A stretch of DNA of 64,000 nt from the human T2T-CHM13v2.0 reference genome, Homo sapiens: NCBI RefSeq assembly GCF_009914755.1, contig NC_060947.1. One strand, 5' to 3'. How positions within the stretch are numbered: the stretch's first letter is position 1; every line of letters begins with the position of its first letter. The notes beneath the pieces are model-generated. The model saw nothing but the letters and a program-made list of their open reading frames with translations, did no database searches and had not been told where the DNA came from. A program made the position numbers and the translations under genes. Below are positions 28,651 to 41,741 of the stretch, in pieces.

Positions 28651-29470
28651 TATATAAATATAAATATATATATGAATATAAATATATATAAATATAAATA
28701 TATATAAATATATATATAAATATAAATATATATAAATATATATAAATATATATAAAATATATATAAATATAAATATATATATAAATATAAATATATATAA
28801 ATATATATAAAAATATAAATATATAAATATATAAATATATAAATATAAATATATAAATATATAAATATAAATATATAAATATATAAATATAAATATATAA
28901 ATATATATAAATATAAGTATATAAATATAAATAAACATAAATATAAATATAAATAAATATAAATATATAAACTTAAATATATATTTATATAAATATAAAT
29001 ATAAACATAAATATCAATATATAAATATAAATAAATATAAATATATAAACATAAATATATATTTATATAAATATAAATAAATATAAATATATAAACATAA
29101 ATATATATTTATATAAATATAAATATAAATATAAATAAATATAAATATATATAAATATATTAAAAATATAAATATATATAAATATATTAAAAATATAAAT
29201 ATATAAATGTATATAAATATGTTATACATATAAATATGTAAATATATATAAATATATTAAAAATATATATAAATATATTATACATATAAATATATAAATA
29301 TATATAAATATATTATACATATAAATATATAAATATATATAAATATATTATACATATAAATATATAAATATATATAAATATGTTAAAAATATAAATATAT
29401 AAATATATTAAAATATGTTAAAAATATAAATATATATAAATATATTAAAAATATAAATATATAAATATAT
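28603..29470. repeat. ~870-bp AT-rich repeat: (TA)n then degenerate ATATAA units with higher-order repeats
   Basis: Almost exclusively A/T; recurring 35-50-bp higher-order units. Confidence 0.97.
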
Positions 29471-29847
29471 AATTTTAACCAGATATACTATTCTACGGTA
29501 AAAGGTTTTTTTTCTTCAGCACTTTAAATATGTCATTTCAAATGTCTCCTGGCTTGTGTGGTTTCCACTGAAAAGTCTGCTGCCATATATATTGAAGATC
29601 CATTATATGTTATTTGCTTCTTTTCTCTTATTGTTTTTAGGATCCTTTTATCCTTTACTTTTGGGAGTTTAATTATTAAATTCCTGAGGTAGACATCTTT
29701 GGGTTAAGTGTGCTGGGTGTTCTATAACCTTCTTGTACTTGAATGCTGATATTTTCCTCTAGGTTTTGGAGGTTCTCTGATATTATCCCTTTGAATAAAC
29801 TTTCTCTCCATATCTCTTTGTCTACCTCCTCTTTAAGGCCAATAACT

Positions 29848-30142
29848 TTTTTTTTTTTTTGATACGTTGTTTTGCTCTTGTTGCCCAGCTAGAGTGCGAT
29901 GGTGCAATCTTGCCTTACTGCAATCTCCGCCTCCCGGGTTCAGGTGATCCCCCTGCCTCAGCCTCCTCAGTAGCTGACATTACAGGTGCCCACCACCATG
30001 CCCGGCTAATTTTTGTATTTTTAGTAGAGACGGGGTTTCACCATGTTGGCCAGGCTGGTCTCAAACTGCTGACCTTAGGTGATCCACCCTCCTTGGCCTC
30101 CCAATGTGCTGGGATTACAGGTGTGAGCCTTCATGCCCGGCC
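29848..30142 (-). mobile_element. AluSq/Sp-like
   Basis: gctcttgttgccc diagnostic; TSD taagg(c/t)caataact at 29834-29847 and 30143-30156. Confidence 0.93.
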
Positions 30143-30780
30143 TAAGGTCAATAACTCTTATATTTGCCCTTTCCAGGCTTTTTTCTCTAGATCCTGTAGG
30201 TGTGCTTCTTTGTTTTTTTCTTTTGTCTCATCGGATTGTGTATTTTCAAATAGCCTGTCTTCAAGCTCACCAGTTCTTTCTTCTGCTTGATCAGTCCTGC
30301 TATTAAAAGATTCTGATGCATTCTTCAGCATGCCAATTTTATTTTCATCTCTAGAAATTCTGCTTCATTTTAAAAAATTATTTCAATTTCTTTGTTAAAT
30401 TTATCTGATAGAATTCTGAATTCCTTATCTGTGTTATATTTAATTTCTTTGAGTTTCCTCTAAACAGCTATTTTGAGTTCTCTGTCTGAAAGGTCACATA
30501 TTTCTGTTTCTTCAGGATTGGTCCCTGGTGTCTTATTTAGTTTATTTGGTGAGGTCATGTTTTCCTGGATGGTGTTAATGCTTGTAAATGTTTGTAAGTG
30601 TCTGGGCAATGAAGATTAAGTATTTATTGTAATCTTCACAGTCTGGGCTTTTTTTGTGTCTGTCTTGGGAAGGCTTTCTAGGTATTCAAAGGGTCCTGGG
30701 CCCCAAGCTCAATGGCACTGTGGTTTGTGCAGACTTACAGAGGTACTGCTTTGGTGGTCTTGGATAAGATCCAGATGTAT

Positions 30781-31245
<465 letters not shown>

Positions 31246-31999
31246 CAGAAGTATTCTCTGGATTACTGGGCAGAGACTCGTTCCTTTTCCTTACTTTATC
31301 CCAAACAAATGGTGTCTTTCTCTCTGTGCTGAGCTCCCTAGAATTGAGAGTGTGGTGCTGCAAGCACCCCTATGGCCATCACCACTGGGATTGCAATGGG
31401 TCAGATCTGAAGCCAGCAGAGCACTGGGCCTCATCCAAGGCCCTTCCCTTTAGTGCAGTGAGTTCCCCAAGGACCTAGGCATGTCCAGAGATGCTATTTG
31501 GGAGCCAGAGATTGGAGTCAAAAACCTTAGCAGTTCACCTGATGTTCTATTCTACTGTTTCATCCATTGGGATGGGCGATTCCCCTCTGGCTATGGGTAG
31601 TCCAAATGCTCCCTCCATTCACAGTCACTGGCTAAGCCCAACATGGCTTTATTCTTCATGGTGACAGGGCAGCGCTGAGTTCAATGTAAAGTCCCCAAGT
31701 CACTGCACTCGCCCTCTGGGAGATGGGGGAGTGGTGGCATAGGCAAATCGAGATTACCTTTTCTGCCCTCCTCAATACCTCTTTTGGTGATATTAAGTTA
31801 CCACCAGGTACTGTGATTGTCCACCTGATTTTTGGTTCTTGTGACAGTGCTTCTCTGTGTGCAGATAGTAGTTAAAATTTCATGTTTCAGCATTGGGGAG
31901 GAATGGTGTAGGCTTCTATTCTGTCATCTTGCTCTGCCATCCTTGATTGTTTCTAATTCAGTCTAACAGCCAATCAACAACTATTTAAATCCATTAAAC

Positions 32000-32227
32000 C
32001 AGTAATAAATTTAGACTTTGCTTGTCTGAGGCTAGCCTCAGCCTCTCAGTTGTCCTCATTGAGCATGTAATAAATAGTTCCAGTGAAGAACTCTGGGAGG
32101 AAGGAGTACAACTATTTGTATTGAAGTCTTCAGTATGTATTTCTGGGGATTTTTCAAGAGTTGATGTTTGCAAGAAAATCAACTTTGAGTAATATAGAAT
32201 AATAATCTCTTTCATTTTAGTAAATCT
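32000..32227 (-). pseudogene. Pseudo-exon, 76 open codons (RFTKMKEIIILYYSKLIFLQTSTLEKSPEIHTED...)
   Basis: Acceptor gttctctgtag; open frame equals ORF 31994..32215; weak donor. Confidence 0.35.
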
Positions 32228-32383
32228 CTACAGAGAACATTGACACATACTGGTGGATTTGATTTCTACAACAACTTTGCGAGGAAAGTAGATGTTACTA
32301 TTTCTATTTTCCAAATGAAGAAACTTAATGAACTTTGTCAACAGAGATGTAAATAACGAAGACCACAACTCAGTCTTAGGTCC

Positions 32384-32385
<2 letters not shown>

Positions 32386-32420
<35 letters not shown>
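32386..32420. repeat. (GT)n microsatellite
   Basis: Direct. Confidence 0.97.
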
Positions 32421-32421
<1 letters not shown>

Positions 32422-32989
32422 TTTACTGCTCTGTTAGAATTATGATTGTTAGTGTTGATATGAGGGTTTTTTCCCCCAGTGAGATGGATTAATTAATGGC
32501 ATTGCTAATTTATATCTCCTTATAGTTTCACAGTATACTCTCATGTCCAGAATGTTCTCTCCCTTTTCTCCTAGGCTTATCTCCTCCATGAAAAACTCTG
32601 ATATTTTCTATGGATATCTTCTCTCTCAGAACTTCTAGAGCACTTCTAGTTTATTCTCTAAAATACAGCACTTATTTCTCTTATATTTTGTTTATAGTGA
32701 ACTGTTAGAATGAAATAGAAACTGCTCTCATTGTACGAGTGGCTTTAAACATCGCTATCTCTTGACCTCTCCTTTTATTCCCATGGACTTTTCTAATGGC
32801 CTGCTTAGACTTATCCCTCCTCCAAGAAAGTGTCAGATTTATATTTCTTTTAGTTTTCTTGTCTGCCAGTTGGAGATAATAATTACTATTTCAAAGGACT
32901 GTGAGGATTGAATGATAATTACTTCAGAAGTGCCTGGCATTGTTTCTGGTACACAATAAATGGTAGCTTTTGTGTATAAGACAGATATT

Positions 32990-33166
32990 AAAGTGTTAAA
33001 GAGAATGAGAAAAAGGAAAGATAGAGTTGTAAGTATCTCTTAGCCTTCTTAGTAATTCCCCTTGGCTTTAGGCATGCCTCAAGTTTCACCATTTCTTCCA
33101 TGAACATCTGTGCTTTGATTACATAAACATTCTTGTTTCCCAGATTAGTCTATCCATAATAACATC
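32990..33166 (-). pseudogene. Pseudo-exon ...NVYVIKAQMFMEEMVKLEACLKPRGITRRLRDTYNSIFPFSHSL*HFNI
   Basis: Acceptor ctcatcttttcacag; pattern resembles RGS helices 4-5; donor not found. Confidence 0.35.
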
Positions 33167-34259
33167 TGTGAAAAGATGAGGTATGTGTGCAAGCATAATA
33201 TCTATAAAGAGAAGTTAAAATCACTTCTGCATACATATTGTTTGCAGGTATCCATGTCATTAAGTACTAATTAATGCTGCCTTTTGCATGTGTGCTGAAT
33301 GGAAGATACAAAGAAATTTGGTGAATTACCCATTAACCACATTCAACAGAGAGAGAGGTAGAGTTTTTTCCCTACTTATAATTATGAACTTATAGACACT
33401 ATCTCCCGATTGCCCTTTGAAAAGTCCTCCAATATATAATTACTAATATAAATATAGTCACGTGGCCTAAAAAACCCTCTATAACACTTTTAAATGCTTC
33501 CTACATTTCCAATTGTACCTCTTTCTATAGGAGATACTAAAAAACTGCTTCATCCCTGGCAAAATCTCCAGTGTTGAGTCCTCTCTTTTATTGTAAATAT
33601 TACCATTGAAAAAGTTTTGCATCATCTAGTGATGATCTAAACTTATGTGCACATTAAAATGAAGGGTGGAAAAACCTGTTCATATACAAAAGAAGAAACC
33701 CCTGCAATTTTGACCAATTTTAGAACCAAATAAAACTATGTATTATTTTTGAGACCGTTTATCTTTTTTAACTTCTTTTTTTCTAGTGATGAGGTAAAAA
33801 CAGAATACAGTTATCAGAAATAATAACTGCAGATTCAAGAAAGTTTCAGAGGTGATCCTATCTGTTTTCCTGCCCAAACTAGTGAATAAAATTGCACAAC
33901 TAATAATTTAGGAACACTGCCTATGGAAGCCATAGTGAAGTCATAGTAAAAACATGAATTTTCAGCAATTGACATTTCATATAACAAATCATATTTTGAC
34001 CTTTTGTATGCCAGTCATAAAAAGATACTTGTGGGAATGACCTGGTATTGTTGATGTATCTGAAATATTTTTTGTACTTTTATTGGGCTCTATCTTTGTT
34101 GCTGCTGGGAGAGTGAGAACTCTCTTTTTCACTTACATCCAATAGATAAAAGGGGGGGGACATTGATTGTCTTAAAGATTCTTATTATTATGAATAATAA
34201 TCTTAAGCTCTCAAAGAACCAGAATTCTCAATTAAAGATTTTTCTATATTCAACTCTAC

Positions 34260-34474
34260 CTGTCATGTGTAGCTTGCATGTACCAGTTGCCCATCCCACA
34301 AAAGAATGAAAAATGAGAATCCTGACAGATTTGGTGTTGGATTTTAGACTTTAATGCCTTTAGCCCTGCAATGGGCATTTTACTGGCATTTTGAAGATAT
34401 TTCTTTTTAATCTGCAAAATAAAGATTTGAAGTGACTTGACAATGATAGTAAGATGATTAGTGGTGCACATTCA
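34260..34474 (-). pseudogene. Pseudo-exon ...LQIKKKYLQNASKMPIAGLKALKSKIQHQICQDSHFSFF
   Basis: Acceptor ttgtatttttatag, donor cag|gtagag; I..KYL...S..PI......I...IC recalls AKAP10/Axin-type RGS helices 5-6. Confidence 0.6.
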
Positions 34475-35361
34475 CTATAAAAATACAATTTGACCATTGT
34501 AGAAAGTCTTTAAATGGTATTGATACTTGCCTTTCAGGAGTAACACTGAGATATTCAATGTACCCTACCTCCACTGGGAAGTGAAACTGGAAAATAATTT
34601 AAGTGTGTGTTTAGAATCTCTCCACCCCACTCCCCGTATCTATTTTTGGTGAACGTCCATCAATCAAAGGTCTTATACCTTCACATTGACACAACAGCAC
34701 ACACAGAATCTTCCACATCTTTGACACAGGGTAAACTCTTGGTAAATATTGGCTAATGGTAAGGATAAAGGTTTCTTTGGCCTAATTTTAGTCATATTCT
34801 CCCATGTGCAAGGCTACATTTGTCCAGAGTTCTACATTTAGGATTCCAAAATAAGTTAAACTTTGTATACTTCATGTCAAATCAGTCATCTGAGATTCAT
34901 TTATTTTTTCTGACCATTGACACAGTATATAATGCAAACCACTTGTTCAGTCCCATTTAATTATGAAGTCAAATCACATGGTATACCCAAAATTTTCATC
35001 CCAGTGATTTTGTATTTCCAAAAAATCAAATCTGATAGACTTTTTTTGCAATGCAATGTATTGCTTAACCATTGACTGGTAAACATTCAATCCAGCCAGG
35101 AGTAAAGATACAGGCTTATGCAAATTAATAATAAGTGCCTTTTCATCTTACATTCTCCCAATTCCCTTCCTCTAGGGCAAGGAAAATAGTCATATCCTGG
35201 ATATTTTCTTTCATGCTGCTGTTTACCTTCATGGTGTGTATATATGATACTCCTCCAGTAATTGCTCTGAAGTGGGCAAAATTAGCATGGAAAGAAACAA
35301 ATGCTAAATACAGTATAAGTTGTTTAGGATTAGATATTGTAAAAATATAAACTATACATCC

Positions 35362-36710
35362 AGGAGAGATGTCATCAGGATGCCTGACTAGAGGTGCTCA
35401 ACACTCATCTTCTTCACAAAGGAGGACCAGAACAATGAATAAATAAGTGCGATTCAAGTAGAGTGTCTATGGAAGAACACTGGAATTCAGCAAGGAAGGG
35501 ACAAAATTTTCTGAAGCACAGAAACTTGGGATGTCAGCATACGAAGCAAAGCACCCAACTGGGATCAGCTCAGAACCAAGAGAGACTCCCCATTAGGATA
35601 AAAAAGTAAGCAGGAGATCTCCAGCAGCCCCCCGTTACTAATGCAGATGCCTGAAACCCTATCTACAAGAGAACCCCACAGTCCTTGCAGGCCCTGATCC
35701 CAGTAAAGGGAGTTGTCTAGAGTTAATGCAGCTGTATTGCTCCAGAGACAGAACTAATGCTGTGTTTCCCACTCCTTGGGACATAACTTGCAACAATATG
35801 GTGTCATTTTGAGAACAAAGTCATGCTGGAGTACATCCTGCCTTGAGGCCGAAGAGCCCCTGTATCTCCATATCCCTTGGTCCCACCTGTCATTCCACCA
35901 TGCCAACACAAAAGGCTATAATGTCACAACCCCAGATAGACCCAAGAGTACAGTTATGACACCAACACTTGAGCCTACACAGTACCCTACACCTCAAAAA
36001 ACAGGCAGTCCAGCACAGAGTATAGGCTTCTCCCCAAACCAAAGGAGCCAACATGTTTGTTCTCCAGGGCATGAGAACCACCTACTCAATGCCCTCTACC
36101 GCTGGTGACCTTGTACCCTTAACCAACAGAGCTGGTTATCTTATCTAACTTATATAGCTTATATAAACAGATCTAACCAGAGCTGCTGTACACTGTGCAT
36201 GCAACCAGAGGCCAGGGGCTGACCCACCCAGTACAAGCTGCCCCTGGCAATGCTGTCTGTCTCTGTAACTAGTAGAGCTGCCACAACTGGTGCCCTACCC
36301 CCAAGTACTTCAGAACTGGCCTACACAGCAACCCCTATCCCCAGCAACCCCTATCCCCAGCAAAGCCATGCTACAGTCTTAAAAACTGCCCACAGCCCAG
36401 ACTACTGAAGCACTAGCGGATACCACTGACATTAATTACAGATGAATAAATCACAACAAAGACTCCACTAGTGGGACTCACCCAGAATTAAAGCCAAAGC
36501 ACCCTGCCCTACTCATACTTTAAGATACATATATAGGAAAAAGTACAATAATTATCCTGTAACAGACCTCAAAGCAAAGTAAATATATAAACTGCCTGAA
36601 AAGGAATTTAAAATAATAATCCTAAGGAAATATCAGTGAGACACAAGAGAATACAGGTATATTGATACAATTCAACTAATTTAGGAAAATAATTTATGGT
36701 CTGAATGAGA
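35362..36710 (+). mobile_element. L1M 5' UTR and start of ORF1 (L1MA/L1M2-type)
   Basis: gatgcctgactagagg start motif, GC-richer UTR, then ORF1-like aaatatataaactgcctgaaaaggaatttaaaataataatcc. Confidence 0.65.
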
Positions 36711-38086
36711 TTGCATAGTTTGCAAAAATTGTCTCCCATTCTGTAGGTTGTCTGTTCACTCTGTTGGTAATTTCCTTCTTTGTGCAGAAGCTCTCTAATT
36801 TAATTAAACCTGTTTGTTGATTTTTGCTTTCATTGCAGTTGCTTTTGGCATTCTCATCATGAAATCTTTGCCTATTCCTGTGTCTAAGATGGTATTGCCT
36901 AGGTTGTCTTCCAGGGTTTTTATAGTTTTAGGTTTTACATTTAAGTCTTCAATCCACCTTGTGTCTATATTTGTATATGGTGAAAGGTAGGGGTCCAGTT
37001 TCAGTCTTCTGCATATGGATAGCCCATTATCCCAGCATCATTTGTTGAACAGGGAATCTTTTCCCCATTGCTTGTTTTTGTCAGGTTTGTCAAAGATCCG
37101 ATAGTTGTAGGTGTGTGGCCTTATTTCTGCGTTCTCTGTTCTGTTCCATTGGTCTATGTGTCTGTTCTTGTACCCGTACCATCCTGTTTTGGTTGCTGTA
37201 GCTCTGTAGTATAGTTTGAAGTCAGTTAACATGATGCCTCCAGCTTTGTTCTTTTTGCTTAGGATTGCCTTGACTATTCAGTCTCTTTTTTGCTTCCATA
37301 TGAATTTTAAAATACTTTCATCTAGTTCTGTGAAGAATGTCATTGGTAATTTAATAGAAATAGCACTGAATCTGTAAATTGCTTTGGGCAGTGTGATCAT
37401 TTTAATGATATTGATTCTTCCTATCTATGAGCATGGAATGTTTCCCATTTGTTTGTGTCATCTCTGATTTCTTTGAGCAGTGTTTTGTAGCTATCATTAT
37501 AGAAATATTTTACTTCTCTGGTTAGCTGTATTCCTAGGTATTGTATTCTTTTTGTGGCAATTGTGAATGGGATTGCATTCCTGATTTGGTTCTCAGCCTG
37601 TTTGTTGTTGGTGTATAGAAATGTTAGTGATTTTTGTACATTGATTTTGTATCCTGAGAATTTGATGAAGTGGTTTTTCAGGTCAAGAAGCCTTTGGGCT
37701 AAGGCTATGAGATTTTCTACATATAAGACCATGTCATCTGCAAACACGGATAGTTTGACTTCCTGTCTTCCTGTTTGGTGCTCTTTATTTCTTTCTCTTA
37801 CCAGATTGCCCTGGCTAGGCTTTCCAACATCATGTTGAATAGTAGTGGTGACAGAGGGCATCCTTGTCTAGTGCCGGTTTTCAAGGGGAATGCCTCCAGC
37901 TTTTGCCCATTCAGTATGATGTTGGCTGTGGGTTTGTCATAGATGGCTCTTATTATTTTGAGGTATGTTCCCTTAATACCTAGTTTATTGATAGTTTTTA
38001 ACATGAAGAGGTGTCGAATTTCATCAAAAGCCTTTTCTGCATCTATTGAGGTAATCATGTGGTTTTTCTCTTTAGTCCTGTTTATG
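36711..38086 (-). mobile_element. L1PA/PB ORF2 internal fragment (RT region)
   Basis: ORFs 37038..37232, 37421..37861 (contains FADDM) and 37798..38058 are L1 ORF2 peptides. Confidence 0.92.
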
Positions 38087-38508
38087 CTGCTCTTTTCTTT
38101 CTACTTTCTTGAAGTAAGACCTTGGATTATTGATTTCAGATTTTCTCTTGATTCTAATATAAGCATTTAGTGCTATAATTTTCCATCCTAGTATTTCTTT
38201 AGCTACATCCCATCTATTGATATGTTGTATGTTTATTTATATTCTGTTCTTTGTATTTTTAATTCTTTTTCTTTCTAGTTTGATTCTACTATGACTAGAT
38301 AACAGAATATGTAAGATTTCAATTATTTTTAATTTTAGACATTTGTACTATGGTGAAAGATATGGTCTGTCTCATTTTAAAGTATCCTTTACATACTTTA
38401 AAATTGTGTATTCTAAGGTTGGTGGAGTATTCTGTAGATTTCACTTAAAAAGATTGATTGATAATATTTTCAGTTTTCCTGTATAATTGCTGGTTATTTA
38501 TCTAAAGT

Positions 38509-38511
<3 letters not shown>

Positions 38512-38560
<49 letters not shown>
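38512..38560. repeat. (CA)n microsatellite
   Basis: Direct. Confidence 0.97.
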
Positions 38561-38563
<3 letters not shown>

Positions 38564-38699
38564 CTGCTGAAAGAGGCTAGAGCAGTTTCAATCTACTTAA
38601 AAGAACTGGAACCACAGCCTGCCTAGACCCACCCTGTTGCACATGGAAGAAATGTCATGAATATCACATTTATATTTAAGGTAATCATTAATTGTATTA

Positions 38700-39860
38700 T
38701 TTGTTGCTATTTATATGGTGGTAAATATACATAACATAATATTCATCATTTTAACTATTTATAAATGCACAATTCAGTGGCACTAAGTGTATTCACAATG
38801 TTGTGTATCCATCACTGCTATCTATACCACAAATTTTTAACCATCTCCAACATGAACTCTGCACCCATTAGATAATAACTTGTAATTTTCCATTCCCCCT
38901 CAGCCTCTTGTATCCTCTAGTCTACTTTTTGTCTGTGTACATTTGCCTATTCTGGGTACCTCATATAAGTGTAATCATACAATATTTGTCTTTATGTGTC
39001 TGGCTTACTTCACTTAGCATGATATTTTCAAGCTCCATCATGTTATAGCATATATAAAAATTTAATTGCTTTTTATAGCTGAAAAATATTCTATTGTGTA
39101 TATGCATGTATATATATGTATGTTTTATATATATATGTATGTTTTATATATATGTTATATATATGTATATATATAAAACATTTTGGCTTTACATTCATCT
39201 GTTAATGGATTCTTGAATTGTTCCATCTTTTGGCTATTGTAAATAATGCTGCTATAGACATTGGTGCAGAAATATCTCCTTGAGTTTCTTTCCAGTTCTT
39301 TTGGACATATGCTTAGGAGTGGAATTACTGGGTCATATGGTAATTCTATGTTTAACTTTTTGAGAAACCACCAAATGGTTTTCCACAGTGGCTGCACAGT
39401 TTACATTCCCACCAACAATGCACAAAATTTTCAGTTTCTTCACATCCTTGCCAATATTTAATTTCTGGGCTTTTTCTTTAAATTATAACCAATCTAATGG
39501 GTATGAAGTAGTATCTCATTGTGGGTTTGATTTGCATTTCCCTAATGACTAATGATGTTGAACATCTTTTCATGTGCTTATTGGCCATTTTTATATCTTC
39601 TTTGGATAAATGTCTATCGAATTTCTTTGCCCATCTCTTGAATTGGGTTGTATTTTAATGTTTTTGTTCATCTGTAGGAGTATTTTTAAATATATCTGGA
39701 TATTACCATTACCAGGTTTGCAAATATTTTCTCCCATTCTCTAATTGTCTTTTTGATTTCTTGATAGTGTTTATTGATGCACGGAAGTTCTTAATTTGTA
39801 GTTTTTCTTTTATTGCCTATTCTTTCAGTGCTATATCAGAGAAATTGTAGCAAATCCAAT
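38700..39860 (-). mobile_element. L1MB 3' end
   Basis: L1MB-type 3' UTR plus ORF2 C-terminus (ORF 39155..39397). Confidence 0.82.
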
Positions 39861-40029
39861 ACCACTACAATGGCATATTATTCAGTAATAAAAGAAGAAT
39901 GAAGCAAATTCATAGATAAACCTTAAAATATTATGCTAATGTATTATGTTCACAGAGTTATGCAACCATCACCAGAATCAATTTTGGAATACTTTCATTA
40001 CCTCAAAAAGAAATCCATACCCATTAGTA

Positions 40030-40675
40030 AATCTTCTAAGGTCTCTTCTGGGCCAAGTATACAGTTTTGCTCATGTGTTTGACCTTCTAAATGTTTAAAG
40101 CTTTTCAAAGCCCTCTATGGCCATCTCATTACCCAGTTTTTCCTTTTTACGTTTTTCAGTCAGCCTCTTATCAATTCCCATTGATGGTGTCACCCGAGGC
40201 ATCTGTGAAGTCAAACAATTGACACTGATCGTTTTTGACTAATTCTCTGTGAATAAAACTGTTCACCTGGTCATAGAAATCATGCCCTGAGAATGTAGCT
40301 TTTCAATAAGCTTTCAGACAGGTCGAATAGAGACAATTTTCTGTGTATGAGGCTTCTGGATTGCTCTAAATCCATTCTGCTTCCTCCAATGGCTGCTAGG
40401 CTATAGGATTTTATACCACAGTAGTGAGGCTATTGGCTGTTAAGGATACCAGGGAGCTGGGGATTAGGGCCAATTAAAACACCACGAAGCTCATTGTTCT
40501 TACTGAAATTCAGCCACTTTTCTTGAATAAACATTCCTTGTATCGTTGCAAGCCTTTAGTTTGTTTCCAGAGTTCTGAAAAAGTTGACTTTGGCAGATTT
40601 TTGCCAATGTTCTCGTTGCTTTTATGGAAGAGTTGATTTTTGAAGTCCTTACTCCAACATTCCAGAAGTGCCCTC
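40030..40675 (-). mobile_element. Old L1M 5' fragment
   Basis: ttactgaaattcagccacttttcttgaataaaca...ccagagttctgaaaaagttgactttg resembles old L1M 5' ends. Confidence 0.55.
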
Positions 40676-41665
40676 TTGGATGAATGATCTTAAACACTTT
40701 AGTTCAACATAGAATAAATGTGTGTTTGTGTGCATGTGTGTGTGTGTGTCTCTGTGTGCATGTGCGTCCATCTGCCTGTTTATCTGTCTGCCTATCTGTG
40801 TCTGTGTATTAATATTTCTCTCATATGTACACATTTTTTATTGTGTTCATCTACTTTGACTGTAAACCTTCTGTCTGTGTGTTGGTTCTTGAATATTTAT
40901 TTCAAAGAAATGTTATTTTTACAACATTGTTCTTGTTCTCCTTTAAAGGTCAGCTACCTTTTTCCTTATATTTTCATCCATACATCTGTGTTTGGCTTTT
41001 ATTAAGTAGCAGCAGTGCAATATTCCTGGTTTTATCTTTCTGGCTTAAGCATGTGAGCAAGACACAAAGGATAATAATACAACATACTTTAAGAGACAAA
41101 ACAGGTTGCTATAATAATAGAAGATCTATTTAAATATATTTAGCATCTCTTTATGTAGAAACTAAAACAAATCCAATATTAATAGCATTAAGCATTTGGG
41201 GCATGTGTGTGAGAATATGTTTTCTGTTCAAAAATAAATTTTTATTATCCAAGTCCTTTAAATTTATTTTTTCCAATTTGCTTTGCTACCCTAGCTGGGA
41301 TCATTATCCAAACCAAGCATCAAAATTCACAATTATATGAAAAATAAATATATACTAACTACATTTCCACGGGGAAAAAATTAGTTGGCAAAATTGGTAC
41401 TAGCCTAAATATGACTATACCAACTTACCAATATAATCCGGTACTTCAATTATTTTGGCTATGCTAAATCAGGATGCCACAATTCCTCCTGGAATATTAA
41501 ATAATCCTTTGCCAGCAGATTGTCCAACAGCCAGTCATACTTGCTCAGCACCTATCTTGACAAAATTGTGAAGCAGGCAAAGTTATGTCTTCAGCACCTG
41601 CCCATCCCCTAATTTAGTTCCTTTTGTTTCTTCTTTCATAATAAATGGACAAGCAGGCGACTCAC

Positions 41666-41741
41666 CTCTTTACAAGGCTCTCCATGTGACCACAAAAATG
41701 TTTTAAGAATAGACTACCTTATTTAATGAAGGAGACAAAAA
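41666..41741 (-). pseudogene. Pseudo-exon FLSPSLNKVVYS/..KHFCGHMESLVK
   Basis: Strong acceptor cttcctcttacag and near-consensus donor gag|gtgagt. Confidence 0.5.

Noticed and set aside
28561-29229. I/Y/F-rich ORFs of 125 and 71 aa
   Set aside because: Artefacts of the AT repeat.
36328-36363. 16-bp tandem duplication (and an 18-bp one at ~26863-26898)
   Set aside because: Ordinary slippage duplications inside L1 sequence.
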